Shown here: piece after piece, positions 9,166 through 19,792 of the stretch
Position numbering within the stretch: position 1 is the stretch's first letter
Layout of the letters: each line of letters starts with the position of its first letter
Assembly: GCA_016782425.1 (NCBI GenBank)
Contig: JADHYN010000002.1
Span: 40,807 to 104,806, forward strand
Direction of reading: 5' to 3'
Origin: Candidatus Omnitrophota bacterium
GTDB taxonomy: Bacteria; Omnitrophota; Gorgyraeia; JABMRN01; RBG-13-46-9
DNA: 64,000 bases
Notes under the pieces: model-generated
Told to the model about the DNA's origin: nothing
Databases searched by the model: none
What the model saw: only the letters and a program-made list of their open reading frames with translations
Made by a program: the position numbers and the translations under genes

Positions 9166-10172
9166 TTATTGGTTAGCTCTTTTAATTTCTCTAATTTTTC
9201 TAGCGCGGCGCCTGAGTCGATCGACTCCTTGGCTTTCTTTATCCCGTCTCTCAGCGTATCGGCTATACCTGTAATGTAAATAGCCGCGCCCGCATTTAAC
9301 GTAACAATATCCCGCTTAAAACCCTTCTTTTTGTTAAGTATATCCAGCGTCACTCTTACGTTAAAAGCAGTATCGCCGCCTTTTAACTCTTCTTTTTTTG
9401 AACGCGGAAGGCCCAAATCCTCCGGTTTTATGGTATATATTTTGACTTTTTTATCTTTAAGTTCCGCAACAGTGGTTGAGTCCGTGGTTGTCATTTCATC
9501 TAACCCGTCTTTTCCGTGCACTATCATCGCCCTCTCGGATCCCAGGTTATTGAGAACGTTCGCCAATGTTTCCACGAGATCTTCGTCGTAAACGCCCAAA
9601 AGCTGATATTCGGCGCCTGCTGGATTTGTCAACGGCCCTAAAATATTAAAAATTGACCGCGCTTTGATCTTTTTCCGTGCAGGCATGGCATATTTCATGG
9701 CAAGGTGGAGCTTCGGTGCAAAAAGAAAACCTATGCCAACCTCGTCAATGCATTTCTCAATTGTGTCTTTTTCAATAGCTATATTCACGCCGAGACACTC
9801 CAAAAGGTCCGCACTTCCGCATTTACTTGATACTGCTTTATTGCCGTGCTTGGCAACGCTGCAACCCGCGCCCGAAGCAACAAAGGCGCTGATTGTCGAG
9901 ATATTAAACGTATTGGCCGAGTCGCCACCTGTGCCGCAGGTATCGAGTAAATGCGGCTTTTTGGGGTTTATTTTCGTGGCGAACTTGCGCATGATGCGCG
10001 CGGCGCCCGTTATTTCTTCTACAGTTTCTTTCTTCTCTTTAAGCGCCAAGAGAAAAGACGCAATATCATCTACTTCTGCTTTTCCGCCCATAATCTCGGT
10101 AAAAACCGCTTCTGTCTCGTTTTCCGAGAGGTTCTCTTTTCTCTTTGCCTTTTCTGTAGCTTTTTTTATCAC
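9153..10172 (-). CDS. trpD: anthranilate phosphoribosyltransferase
   Basis: DTCGTGGDS motif; 339 aa. Confidence 0.9.
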   Translation of the reverse strand: MIKKATEKAKRKENLSENETEAVFTEIMGGKAEVDDIASFLLALKEKKETVEEITGAARIMRKFATKINPKKPHLLDTCGTGGDSANTFNISTISAFVASGAGCSVAKHGNKAVSSKCGSADLLECLGVNIAIEKDTIEKCIDEVGIGFLFAPKLHLAMKYAMPARKKIKARSIFNILGPLTNPAGAEYQLLGVYDEDLVETLANVLNNLGSERAMIVHGKDGLDEMTTTDSTTVAELKDKKVKIYTIKPEDLGLPRSKKEELKGGDTAFNVRVTLDILNKKKGFKRDIVTLNAGAAIYITGIADTLRDGIKKAKESIDSGAALEKLEKLKELTNKLKT

Positions 10173-10738
10173 TTTTTTATCTCTAAGAAATTTTTTAATA
10201 TCTTTTTCCCTTCGGAGGTCAAAATTGATTCGGGGTGAAATTGCACTCCCCAGGTGGGGTGTTTCTTATGCTTTATGCCCATGATTTCTTTTTTCTTCGT
10301 CTCGGCGATAATTTCCAGAGTCCTGGGAAGGGACTTTCGTTCTATAATCAAAGAATGATACCGTGTGGCCTCGAACGGGTTTTTAACATTCTTGAAAATC
10401 GTTTTCCTCGTGTGGTGTATAAATGATGTCTTTCCGTGCATTATGTATTTGGCTCTTTTGATCTTCCCGCCGAAAACTTCTCCGATGCACTGGTGTCCGA
10501 GACAAACACCTAAAATAGGAATCGAGCCCGAGAACTTCTTTATTACATTGTTGGAAATGCCCGCATCCCGCGGCATGCCAGGCCCCGGTGATATAATGAT
10601 ACTCCGAGGTTTCATCTTTTTTATTTTGTTCAGTGTCAATGCGTCGTTTCTGAAAACCAAAGGATCCTCTCCCAGCTCACCGAGATACTGGACGAGGTTG
10701 TAGGTAAAAGAGTCGTAATTATCTATTACTAAAATCAC
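10169..10738 (-). CDS. trpG: anthranilate synthase component II (glutamine amidotransferase)
   Basis: GVCLGHQ catalytic Cys and the HPES triad end. Confidence 0.9.
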   Translation of the reverse strand: MILVIDNYDSFTYNLVQYLGELGEDPLVFRNDALTLNKIKKMKPRSIIISPGPGMPRDAGISNNVIKKFSGSIPILGVCLGHQCIGEVFGGKIKRAKYIMHGKTSFIHHTRKTIFKNVKNPFEATRYHSLIIERKSLPRTLEIIAETKKKEIMGIKHKKHPTWGVQFHPESILTSEGKKILKNFLEIKK

Positions 10739-12222
10739 TCTAATCCCCTTTCAGCTTCCTTGAGAGCCTTTAGCATCGCTTTTGATTTATTGAGCGTCTC
10801 CTGGTACTCTCTATCGGGCTTAGAATCAGCAACGATTCCTGCACCCGCCTGAAAATAAGCAGTTTTCCCTTTTATGAAAATAGTCCTGATGGCTATGCAC
10901 GTATCCAGATTTCCTGAAAAACTGAAATATCCGACGCTTCCGGCGTAAATACCCCTTTTGACGTTCTCGAGTTCATCGATTATTTCCATGGCGCGTATCT
11001 TGGGTGCACCTGCTACCGTGCCGGCCGGAAACGAGGCCCTGGCAAGGTCGAATATGTCGCACTTGCGTTTTAAGGTTCCGGATACGTCGCTTACGATATG
11101 CATGACATGGGAGTATTTCTCTATCACCATGAATTCCGAAACCTTTACGGTATCAAACCTCGAGACCCTTCCTATGTCATTTCTCCCGAGGTCAACAAGC
11201 ATGATGTGCTCCGCTCTTTCCTTCGGATCCTTTAAAAGCTCCTTTGCAAGAAGCTTGTCCTCTTTTCTATCCCGGCCTCTTCGCCTCGTTCCGGCGATCG
11301 GCCTGAGTTCTGCTTCTCGGTTTTCGCATCTCACCATGATCTCAGGCGATGCACCGATAAGTTTCAGATTGCCGAACTTTAGGTAAAACATGTAGGGAGA
11401 CGGATTTATGCTTCTAAGTGCGCGGTATATGTCAAAAGAATCGCACTCTACTTCTTTTTTGAATCTCTGAGAAAGAACTACCTGAATAATATCGCCGTTT
11501 CTTATATATTCCTTGGCTTTTTTCACGCTTTGCATGAATTGTGTTCTCGTGAAATTCGATTTTATGGGATTTTTTCTTGCTCTTTTTTTCATTGTTTTCG
11601 AAGCGCCTATCGGCATTCTTTTAGGCATGGATAGGTGTTTTATGATTTCTTCTATCTTCCGCACTGCCTTCTCATATGATGCGGAAGGGCTCTTGCCGAC
11701 AAAGGCATTCGAAACAACCTTTATTTTACGATCCACGTGATCAAAAATAAGAATGGTATCGGTCAGGGCAAAAAGAGAATCAGGCAAGTTTAAATCGTCC
11801 TTATTTCTGTCCGGTATCTTCTCGAAGAATCTGACAACGTCATAACCCATGTATCCGACCAACCCCCCGGAAAACCTGGGAAGCCCTTTAACCGGCACGT
11901 AAGAGAATTTCTTCATGATCTTCTTGATTTCAGCAAGCGGATCTTTCTGCATCTTATAAACCTTTTTTTTCTTGCCCTCCAGTATTGTAATTTTCTTGCC
12001 CTTGCTAATGAAAATTAATGAGGGATTGCTGCCAAGAAAGGAGTAACGCGCTATTCTTTCTCCGCCCTCGACGGATTCGAGAAGATAGGAAAATTTTCCT
12101 TTGTTTATTTTTGTAAAAGCAGAAAGCGGCGTCTCAAAATCAGCCAGTATCTCCCTGTAAACGGGGATGAGATTTCCCTTCTTCGCCAGCTTTATGAATT
12201 CTTTCTTACTTGGGTAATGCAT
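10735..12222 (-). CDS. trpE: anthranilate synthase component I
   Basis: LVDLGRNDIGRV and GAGIVADS chorismate-binding motifs; 495 aa. Confidence 0.9.
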   Translation of the reverse strand: MHYPSKKEFIKLAKKGNLIPVYREILADFETPLSAFTKINKGKFSYLLESVEGGERIARYSFLGSNPSLIFISKGKKITILEGKKKKVYKMQKDPLAEIKKIMKKFSYVPVKGLPRFSGGLVGYMGYDVVRFFEKIPDRNKDDLNLPDSLFALTDTILIFDHVDRKIKVVSNAFVGKSPSASYEKAVRKIEEIIKHLSMPKRMPIGASKTMKKRARKNPIKSNFTRTQFMQSVKKAKEYIRNGDIIQVVLSQRFKKEVECDSFDIYRALRSINPSPYMFYLKFGNLKLIGASPEIMVRCENREAELRPIAGTRRRGRDRKEDKLLAKELLKDPKERAEHIMLVDLGRNDIGRVSRFDTVKVSEFMVIEKYSHVMHIVSDVSGTLKRKCDIFDLARASFPAGTVAGAPKIRAMEIIDELENVKRGIYAGSVGYFSFSGNLDTCIAIRTIFIKGKTAYFQAGAGIVADSKPDREYQETLNKSKAMLKALKEAERGLE

Positions 12223-12226
12223 TTTT

Positions 12227-12269
12227 GATTTTTTCCGCCCTAGGCGGAGATATTTGATATTTGATATTA
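12227..12269. repeat. heptamer-flanked CCGCC-CTA-GGCGG hairpin element (intergenic copy)
   Basis: Reads GATTTTT T CCGCC CTA GGCGG A GATATTT GATATTT GATATTA. It occupies the trpE-start/hisI-stop spacer and includes the hisI stop. Confidence 0.8.
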
Positions 12270-12644
12270 TTTTCTATATACGTCTTTCGGATCAAATATG
12301 CGTTTTTCGACTATCTTTTCATTCCCGCTCTTATCGATCTCTCTATAGTAGCACGTAAAATACCCTTTGTGGCAGGCAGCGGTTTTCTGCTCGACTTTAA
12401 AAAGAAGCGAGTTATCCGTACAATCGACCAGGACTTCCTTTACGATCTGCACATTTCCCGATGTTTCCCCTTTCAGCATGACCCTGTTTTTTGACCTTCT
12501 AAAAACATAGACCTTGCCTTCTTTAATAGTTTTCTCGAGAGCCTCTTTATCCATGTAGCAAAGGGTCAGTACTTTATTTGTCTTGCAATCCTGCACGACA
12601 GCGGGTATTAAACCTTTTTCGTTAAAGATTAGCTTATTTATCAT
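12267..12644 (-). CDS. hisI: phosphoribosyl-AMP cyclohydrolase (HisI only, no HisE fusion)
   Basis: 125 aa; [17 protein letters not shown] core and conserved C-terminal Cys residues ([11 protein letters not shown]). Confidence 0.85.
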   Translation of the reverse strand: MINKLIFNEKGLIPAVVQDCKTNKVLTLCYMDKEALEKTIKEGKVYVFRRSKNRVMLKGETSGNVQIVKEVLVDCTDNSLLFKVEQKTAACHKGYFTCYYREIDKSGNEKIVEKRIFDPKDVYRK

Positions 12645-13396
12645 TGTCTTACCTCTACGCCTTTTGATTTTAGATACTCTTTAACCTCACCTATCGTGAA
12701 CTCTTTGAAATGAAAAACGCTTGCAACGAGCGCCGCGTCTGCTTTACCTTCTGTTAGGGCTTCGTAAAAATGTTCCAAACTGCCGCAGCCACCGCTTGCT
12801 ATAATGGGTATGTTAACTGCTTCTGCTATTTTTTTATTAAGTTCTATATCATAACCTTCTTTTGTGCCGTCTCTATCCATGCTTGTAAGTAAAATCTCTC
12901 CTGCACCCAAAGAAGCGACCTTCCTTGCCCATTCTATCGCGTCTAATCCCGTAGGGATACGCCCGCCGTTTATATAGACTTCCCACTTTCCATTCGTTTT
13001 TTTAGCATCGATGGCAACTACGATGCATTGTGTCCCGAATTTATCGGAGGCCTCTTTTATAAACTCCGGCCTTTTGACTGCCTGGGTATTCAGCGAAACT
13101 TTATCGCAGCCCGCATTTAAAAGATTTCTTATGTCCGCGAGCGAACCGATGCCGCCTCCAACGGTAAACGGCATGAAAACCTCCTCGGCAACGCGTCTCA
13201 CCACTTCCACCATTGTTTTTCGTTTTTCAAAGCTGGCTGTTATGTCCAAAAACACAAGTTCATCCGCGCCTTCATCGTTGTAAACTTTGGCATTCTCGAC
13301 GGGATCGCCGGCATCTCTAAGGTTTACGAAATTTATCCCCTTTACGACTCTTCCCTCCTTAACATCAAGACATGGAATAATTCTCTTAGCCAACAC
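12641..13396 (-). CDS. hisF: imidazole glycerol phosphate synthase cyclase subunit
   Basis: RIIPCLDV N-terminus, SGGCGS; 251 aa. Confidence 0.95.
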   Translation of the reverse strand: MLAKRIIPCLDVKEGRVVKGINFVNLRDAGDPVENAKVYNDEGADELVFLDITASFEKRKTMVEVVRRVAEEVFMPFTVGGGIGSLADIRNLLNAGCDKVSLNTQAVKRPEFIKEASDKFGTQCIVVAIDAKKTNGKWEVYINGGRIPTGLDAIEWARKVASLGAGEILLTSMDRDGTKEGYDIELNKKIAEAVNIPIIASGGCGSLEHFYEALTEGKADAALVASVFHFKEFTIGEVKEYLKSKGVEVRQ

Positions 13397-14105
13397 TTAA
13401 GGCCTCCTTTAGATCGAGTTTCCCTTCGTAAAGGGCTTTGCCTACGATAACCGCCTGAAGAATTCCTTTTTCAAGCCCTTTAAGAGTTTTTATATCGTTT
13501 ATACTCGAGATTCCACCCGATGCTGTTACTTTCAATGACGTTGACTGTAAAATCGACTTTAATGTTTCCAGGTTTGGTCCGGTCATCATGCCATCCCTGG
13601 ATATATCCGTATATATGATTCTGGTTGCGCCGAGTTCTTCCAGCTTTTTAATGTATTCTGAAACATCCTTTTCGGAAATCTCTCTCCATCCTTTTATTGC
13701 AACTTTTCCTTCTTTGGTGTCAACCGCAAAAATTATTTTATCGTGAAATTTTCCCACTAAGCGCTTGCAAAAAGCCTCATCCGTAACAGCGCTCGTACCG
13801 ACAACAGCAAAATGTACCCCTATTTTTAAAGCGCTGTCTATGTCCTTCTCGGTTCTTAAACCGCCTCCTAATTCGATATCAATTCCGACATCCTTGACTA
13901 TTTCACTTATAACATCTGTGTTTACAGGCTTTCCAATTCTTGCGCCGTCCAGATCGACAATATGCAAGAGTCGTGCTCCGAGGTCCTTCCATTTTCTGGC
14001 GGTTAAGATAGGGTTTTCCGAATAAACCTTTTCCTTATCGAACTCGCCGCGCTGGAGCCTTACTACTTTTTTGTCGATAATGTCTATTGCGGGGATTATG
14101 TTCAT
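13386..14105 (-). CDS. hisA: ProFAR isomerase
   Basis: IIPAIDI N-terminus; HisA/HisF barrel repeats. Confidence 0.9.
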   Translation of the reverse strand: MNIIPAIDIIDKKVVRLQRGEFDKEKVYSENPILTARKWKDLGARLLHIVDLDGARIGKPVNTDVISEIVKDVGIDIELGGGLRTEKDIDSALKIGVHFAVVGTSAVTDEAFCKRLVGKFHDKIIFAVDTKEGKVAIKGWREISEKDVSEYIKKLEELGATRIIYTDISRDGMMTGPNLETLKSILQSTSLKVTASGGISSINDIKTLKGLEKGILQAVIVGKALYEGKLDLKEALSVG

Positions 14106-14111
14106 GATTCG

Positions 14112-14726
14112 TTATAACTTAACAAAGTTCTCCAATAACTTAAGTCCTAAATCCTGGCTCCTCTCCGGATGAAACTGAACAGCGTATATGTTATCTTTAC
14201 ACACCATGGATGTAAAATTCGTGCCATAGCTTGTCGTAGCTGCTACAATATCCTTATCGTCTGGGTCAGCATAATAAGAGTGATCGAAATAGAAATACGA
14301 ACCATCCTTAATATCCTCAAGAAGTCTTTGGTTTTTAGCATTCGGTCTTTGGTCTATACTGTTCCATCCCATGTGCGGTACTTTGATTCCGCTTCCTTCG
14401 GTGAAACGTTTAATCTTACCTTTAAATATGCCTAAACCTTTCGCATTGCCTTCTTCGCTCTCCTCGAAAAGGATCTGAAGCCCAAGGCATATTCCCAGAT
14501 AGACTCCTCCCGAATCAAGGAATTGCCTTAGCGGCTCGATAAGACCCCTCTTCTTAAGCCCTGTCATGGCATCCCCAAATGCGCCTACACCGGGTAAAAC
14601 AAGTTTATCTGCCTTTTCTACATCCTTGGGGGATTCGCTTATTTTTGGCTTCCCTTTCAGGAAATTCAGCGCGTTGTATACGCTACGCAGGTTCCCCAAA
14701 CCGTAGTCGATTACGATGATGCCCAT
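14112..14726 (-). CDS. hisH: imidazole glycerol phosphate synthase glutaminase subunit
   Basis: PGVGAFG, GICLGLQ catalytic Cys, FHPE. Confidence 0.9.
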   Translation of the reverse strand: MGIIVIDYGLGNLRSVYNALNFLKGKPKISESPKDVEKADKLVLPGVGAFGDAMTGLKKRGLIEPLRQFLDSGGVYLGICLGLQILFEESEEGNAKGLGIFKGKIKRFTEGSGIKVPHMGWNSIDQRPNAKNQRLLEDIKDGSYFYFDHSYYADPDDKDIVAATTSYGTNFTSMVCKDNIYAVQFHPERSQDLGLKLLENFVKL

Positions 14727-14729
14727 TTC

Positions 14730-15380
14730 TTAAAGAATACCCTTCGTTGATGGTACAGCCTTTTGTCTTCTCGGATCGATTTCGGTGGCGCGGTCCAGGG
14801 CTATAGCAAGCGCCTTAAATACTGCTTCCAGCATGTGGTGCATGTCGCTTCTTGATATAACATCCACATGTAAGTTCATGCCTATGTTCTTGGCTAACGT
14901 CTCAAGGAAATCATTTCCGTCTACCATCGAATAGTTCTCGCCAGGCTTATTGCTTCGTATTTCAGAAAGCTTAGGTTGCATGCCTCCCATCATGGGGAAT
15001 TTTATTCCTTCGTATGCGAATCTATTGCTTATGTCAATGGCTACCCGCGCGCGTGCCTGGTCCATAGGTACTTCCGAAGAACCGAATCGCCTGATTCCCC
15101 TACATGCGCCTAGGGCCTTTTTAAACGCCTGGCCGATGCAAATAGCCACGTCCTCGTTCGTGTGGTGCATGTCCACCTCCAGGTCGCCCTTGACCTTCAG
15201 TTTTAGGTCAAATAACCCGTGAAAAGCAAAAAGGGTGAGCATGTGATCGAGAAAGCCTATGCCTGTTTTTACATCGCCTTTGCCTTTACCGTCAATGATG
15301 AGCTCGCCTGCTATTTTTGTCTCGGTTGTTTTTCTGTGAATTTTTGCTTTTCTTTTTTTGGAACTCTTCTTTTTCGCCAT
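14730..15380 (-). CDS. hisB: imidazoleglycerol-phosphate dehydratase
   Basis: DMHHTNEDV and HHMLEAVFKA metal-binding motifs. Confidence 0.9.
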   Translation of the reverse strand: MAKKKSSKKRKAKIHRKTTETKIAGELIIDGKGKGDVKTGIGFLDHMLTLFAFHGLFDLKLKVKGDLEVDMHHTNEDVAICIGQAFKKALGACRGIRRFGSSEVPMDQARARVAIDISNRFAYEGIKFPMMGGMQPKLSEIRSNKPGENYSMVDGNDFLETLAKNIGMNLHVDVISRSDMHHMLEAVFKALAIALDRATEIDPRRQKAVPSTKGIL

Positions 15381-15393
15381 CTATTTACCTCCC

Positions 15394-16614
15394 TTATTTG
15401 AACCTCACATTCACTGAATCCATGTGTTTCGGAAGTCCCTCAAGTCCTGTAAGTTTTTCGATGGAGGGCTTTACTTCCTCTAATGCCTTTTTCGTATACG
15501 AGATAATGTGTGAGCTTTTCACAAAATCCTCTATTCCAAGACCTGAGAAGAACCTTGCCGTTCCGCCGGTAGGCAAAACATGGCTTGGACCTGCTACATA
15601 ATCTCCGACTGCAACTGGTGTGTAAGGGCCAATGAAAATTGCACCCGCGTTCCTAATCTTTTTCAATACGTTTCTCGGGTTTTTAACCATGATTTGAAGG
15701 TGTTCGGGTGCCAGGCGGTTTGTAACTTCTATAGCTTCATCCATATTTCTGGTTAGAATAACACATCCTCTATCAACCTCTCTTTTTACCGCTTTTACAA
15801 GCCTTTTTGAAGGCGTTACCAATACTGCAAACCCCTTGTAGTGCTCTGCCTGCGCCAAAAGATCGGTTTTCACGTATTGCGCATCGGCATGTTTGTTGGC
15901 CAGGATCACGACTTCGCTCGGACCGGCAAGCATGTCTATATCACAATAACCGAATACCTGGCGTTTCGCTTCCGTAACGTACATATTGCCCGGCCCTACA
16001 ATTTTATCTACCTTCGGCACGGTCTTTGTCCCGAATGCAAGCGCCGCAATGCCCTGCGCGCCGCCAATCTTGTAGATCTCGTCAACTTTAAGGAGGTTCG
16101 CCATAACCAGTATGTAGGGGTTAATCGAACTGAATCTGTTAGGCGGCGAAACAATAACTATTCGTTTGACCCCGGCGATCCTTGCAGGGAGAACCGTCAT
16201 GTATACGCTGGATACAAGAGGAACTGTCCCGCTTGGCACATAAGCACCAATGCTGTCTATCGGTGTAATTTTCTCTCCGAGTATGATGCCGTCCTTGCCC
16301 TTGGTCTTCCAGGATTTTTTAATCTGTTTTTTGTAAAACTTGTTTATATTCTCGGTAGCTGTCTTGAGAGCAGTTACAATCTCCGGTTTGATATCCTGAT
16401 ACGCGCCGGAAATCTCGCATTCTGTCACCTTTATATCCTTCGGTTTCATTTTCACTTTGTCGAACTTCCGCGTGTACCGGATTACCGCCTCGTCGCCGTA
16501 AAGCCGCACGTCGTCCAGAATCTTCTTTACGCTTTCGGTAACTCTTTTTTTAAAGTGCGAGTTACGATTGACCAGTTTCTCAAAATTTGCACTTCCTATT
16601 TTTACAAGTTTCAT
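15394..16614 (-). CDS. hisD: histidinol dehydrogenase
   Basis: GPGNMYVTEAKR, AGPSEV, QAEH motifs; 4-nt overlap with the alaS stop. Confidence 0.9.
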   Translation of the reverse strand: MKLVKIGSANFEKLVNRNSHFKKRVTESVKKILDDVRLYGDEAVIRYTRKFDKVKMKPKDIKVTECEISGAYQDIKPEIVTALKTATENINKFYKKQIKKSWKTKGKDGIILGEKITPIDSIGAYVPSGTVPLVSSVYMTVLPARIAGVKRIVIVSPPNRFSSINPYILVMANLLKVDEIYKIGGAQGIAALAFGTKTVPKVDKIVGPGNMYVTEAKRQVFGYCDIDMLAGPSEVVILANKHADAQYVKTDLLAQAEHYKGFAVLVTPSKRLVKAVKREVDRGCVILTRNMDEAIEVTNRLAPEHLQIMVKNPRNVLKKIRNAGAIFIGPYTPVAVGDYVAGPSHVLPTGGTARFFSGLGIEDFVKSSHIISYTKKALEEVKPSIEKLTGLEGLPKHMDSVNVRFK

Positions 16615-19178
16615 TTCGAAGTTCCTCCGATAATATCTGTGGCTGATTTTTCAGCAAATTCAAACACTTCGCCGAGCTTTGAAGGATTTTTACCTCCGGC
16701 CTGGGCGAAATCCGGCCTGCCGCCGCCCGAACCCCCAACTATTTTTGCCATATCTTTTATCCATTTAGAAGCATCAAGCCCCTGCAAAATTAAATCTTTT
16801 GTAATTGCTACGACAAGATTTGTCTTACCATCGATTCTGCTACCGAGCACAACAATTGAACTTTTTTCCTTTGACTTTATTTTATCTGATAAACTGCGTA
16901 AAATCTCCATATCTGCGTTTTTTATTTCTTTTGTAATCAATTTTGTATTTTTTATCTTCTTTGCCTTTTTAATAATAAGATCTATGTTTTCTGTAGCTTC
17001 TTTGAGTTTTTCTTTCGCAAGGATTTTTTCCCTTTCTTTCTTCGTAAGCGCCCTTGCCTTGTCTTTTTCTATCTTTTTTTGTTCTTTTATCCATTCACAC
17101 GCTTTGTCAGATGTTACAGCTTCTATTCTTCTTATGCCGGATGCAACGGAGCCCTCACGTACGATTTTAAAAATACCTATCTCTTTTGTATTATCTACGT
17201 GTGTCCCGCCACATACTTCTTTCGATACGCCCCCGGCCGAGACAACAGTAACTTCTTTCTTGTATTTTTCGCCAAAGAGGGCGATGGCGCCTCCGGCTTT
17301 GGCATCCTCAAGTGATTTTTTCTCCTTTTTTATCGGAGTCGCTTTTTTTATCTCTTCATTTACGATTGATTCTACCTTTTCAAGCTCCCTCTCGGTCAGC
17401 TTTTTCATGTGCGTAAAATCAAATCTCAATCTATCCTCGGCTACCAGAGACCCCGCCTGGTGAACATGTTCTCCTAAAACCTTCCGCAGGGCGCTATGTA
17501 AAAGATGGGTTGCGGTGTGATTTTTGGCGATATTCTCTTTTCTCTCTCTGTACAGTGCTATTTCAACCGGATTCCCATCCGCAACGCTTCCTTTTACAAC
17601 CTTTGCGACATGAACAACTTTATCGTCTATTTTAACGGTATTAAGGATTTCCAGCTTTCCGCTATTGGCTTTTATGGTTCCTGTATCTCCGATCTGGCCT
17701 CCTGCCTCTGTATAAAATGAAGCCCCTTGCGGATCTGTCATAAGTTCCACTATATCGCCCTCACCTGCGGTTTTCACGACTTCCTTTCCTTTAACCATAA
17801 AGGCAATTTTCGCCTTCAAGGGTATCTTATCGGAACGCGGTACTTTCGGCGCTTTCGCAAAAAGATTAAGCGCAAAAATATCCTCTTCGATTTTACTCTT
17901 TTTTCGCGAAAGCGCTTTTCTTTTTTCCATCAGCTTTTCAAATGCAACTATATCTATATTTACCTTTATCTTTTTTGCTGCATTTTCTATAACTTCTAAA
18001 GGAAGCCCATATGTATCGACCAATTTGAATATATCGTTGCCATCAAGCGTTTTAGTTTTATCTTTAACAGCCTCTAGATTTTCGTGTAGAATAGGCAATG
18101 CGACAGAAAGTGTGTGTCTAAACTTTTCTTCTTCTTCTTTTACTATGAAGCATATCCCTTCTCTTTTGCTTAATAACTCCGGATAAGCATCTTTCATAAT
18201 TTCTACGACTTTTGGCACAATATTGAATAGAAAGGGAACTTGTGTTTTTCCACGAATATAAGCTTTTCTTATAAGTTTTCTTATTACATATCCGCGTTCT
18301 TCGTTTGAAGGAGCCACGCCATCACATATAGCGAATGTTGCAGCTCGTATGTGATCGGCAATTGCACAATAGTCCTCCTTCTTTTTAAGAAACGGATTAT
18401 GGTTTTTAATTGCTTCTATAATCGGCGTAAAAAGGTCCGTCTCGAAATTTGTCTTAACGCCCTGCATGAGAGACGCAATTCTTTCAAGCCCCATGCCCGT
18501 GTCAATACTTTTAGTTGGAAGCGGGACAATCTTTCCGCCGTCTTTTCTGTCAAATTGCGTAAATACCAGATTCCAGACCTCCACGAATCTGCCGCAGCTA
18601 CACGATGGATCGCATCCCTTTCTCTTGCAACCTACGTTTTTACCCCAATCGTAAAATATCTCGGAGCACGGCCCGCAGGGGCCGTTCGGCCCTTTTTTCG
18701 GAGCGTTGCTGGGCCAGAAATTATCCTTGGCGCCGAGTTTTACAATCCTTTCCTCCGGTACTTTTATTATATCCTTCCAAATATTGTAAGATTCCTGGTC
18801 TTCTTCGTAGACGGATGCCCACAGCTTCTTTTTTTCTAAACCCATGGTCTTTGTCATGAACTCCCACGCCCATTCGATTGCTTCTTTTTTAAAATAATCG
18901 CCGAACGAAAAATTGCCTAACATCTCGAAAAAAGTATGATGAGAAGGCGTTTTTCCCACTTTTTCCAGGTCCGCCGTCCTCAGGCACTTCTGCGAAGAAG
19001 CCGCTCTTTTATACTTTACATTGTGACCGAGGAATTGTTCCTTAAACTGGTTCATCCCGGCACTCGTAAATAAAAGCGTGGGATCGGCTTTGGGAACCAG
19101 CGAATCGCTCTCTACGACCTGGTGCTTTTTTGATTTAAAAAAATCCAAAAACTTTTTTCGTATGTCCTTGCTGAGCAT
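16611..19178 (-). CDS. alaS: alanine--tRNA ligase
   Basis: FTSAGMNQFK, HHTFFEMLGNFSFGDYFK, and a C-terminal DHHA1-type GGGRPDFAQAGG. Confidence 0.95.
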   Translation of the reverse strand: MLSKDIRKKFLDFFKSKKHQVVESDSLVPKADPTLLFTSAGMNQFKEQFLGHNVKYKRAASSQKCLRTADLEKVGKTPSHHTFFEMLGNFSFGDYFKKEAIEWAWEFMTKTMGLEKKKLWASVYEEDQESYNIWKDIIKVPEERIVKLGAKDNFWPSNAPKKGPNGPCGPCSEIFYDWGKNVGCKRKGCDPSCSCGRFVEVWNLVFTQFDRKDGGKIVPLPTKSIDTGMGLERIASLMQGVKTNFETDLFTPIIEAIKNHNPFLKKKEDYCAIADHIRAATFAICDGVAPSNEERGYVIRKLIRKAYIRGKTQVPFLFNIVPKVVEIMKDAYPELLSKREGICFIVKEEEEKFRHTLSVALPILHENLEAVKDKTKTLDGNDIFKLVDTYGLPLEVIENAAKKIKVNIDIVAFEKLMEKRKALSRKKSKIEEDIFALNLFAKAPKVPRSDKIPLKAKIAFMVKGKEVVKTAGEGDIVELMTDPQGASFYTEAGGQIGDTGTIKANSGKLEILNTVKIDDKVVHVAKVVKGSVADGNPVEIALYRERKENIAKNHTATHLLHSALRKVLGEHVHQAGSLVAEDRLRFDFTHMKKLTERELEKVESIVNEEIKKATPIKKEKKSLEDAKAGGAIALFGEKYKKEVTVVSAGGVSKEVCGGTHVDNTKEIGIFKIVREGSVASGIRRIEAVTSDKACEWIKEQKKIEKDKARALTKKEREKILAKEKLKEATENIDLIIKKAKKIKNTKLITKEIKNADMEILRSLSDKIKSKEKSSIVVLGSRIDGKTNLVVAITKDLILQGLDASKWIKDMAKIVGGSGGGRPDFAQAGGKNPSKLGEVFEFAEKSATDIIGGTSK

Positions 19179-19179
19179 C

Positions 19180-19635
19180 TTATATTTCTCTCACAATCTC
19201 CTCGATAATATCGAAACGGAACCCGCGTCTTGCAAGAAAATCAAAAAGCTTTTTTCTTGCCTTTTGTTTCGGTAAACTTTTCAAGCTTTCTATTTTTTTC
19301 TCTGCGATACTTCTTGCGGTATGGCTCTCGTTTTCGCCCTTCTCGGACAATGCCTTATCAATAAGAGAGCCTGATATTCCTTTATCCCTTAGCTCCCTGC
19401 GAAGAAGAATATCCCCTTTAGGGTTTCGGCGCATTCTTGACTCGATCCACAGCTTCGCAAACTTAACATCATTTATAATCTTTTTTTCTTTTAAAAGGGA
19501 AATAACCCTTTGGGCAGTTTTGTGGTCAAAACCTTTTTTGTACAACCTGTCTTTTAATTCTTTTTCGCTCCTTGGCCTGATACTAAAAAGTCTATAGGCG
19601 TAGGCCGCCGCCCTCTCGGTCTTATCTTTTTTCAC
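19180..19635 (-). CDS. recX: RecX-like regulatory protein (GTG start)
   Basis: 151 aa of repeated three-helix units, basic, in the classical position next to alaS and downstream of recA. The call is by resemblance and context only. Confidence 0.7.
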   Translation of the reverse strand: MKKDKTERAAAYAYRLFSIRPRSEKELKDRLYKKGFDHKTAQRVISLLKEKKIINDVKFAKLWIESRMRRNPKGDILLRRELRDKGISGSLIDKALSEKGENESHTARSIAEKKIESLKSLPKQKARKKLFDFLARRGFRFDIIEEIVREI

Positions 19636-19732
19636 CCCGTTAGAACCCTTCCATATCTTCGCAATACATCTTATTTGTGTCCTTTTTACAAACGTAACTT
19701 CCTTATTTTAAAAATTGCCTTATTCAACCTCC

Positions 19733-19767
19733 AAAAAATTTCTAACGGGGTTCAGCCCGTTAGAAAT
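19733..19767 (-). terminator. intrinsic terminator after htrA, built from the CCCGTTAGAAAT repeat
   Basis: The minus strand reads ATTTCTAACGGG-ctgaac-CCCGTTAGAAAT followed by TTTTT(T): a 12-bp stem plus U-run, 25 nt after the htrA stop. Confidence 0.75.
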
Positions 19768-19792
19768 TTGTGTACAACAAATATTAAAATTT

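Noticed and set aside
15841-17463. 540-aa plus-strand ORF, the longest plus-strand ORF in the first 22 kb
   Set aside because: It lies entirely antisense to hisD and alaS, whose translations carry unmistakable family motifs. Its own product is low-complexity Phe/Ser/Leu/Ile-rich, as expected for the antisense frame of AT-rich coding DNA.
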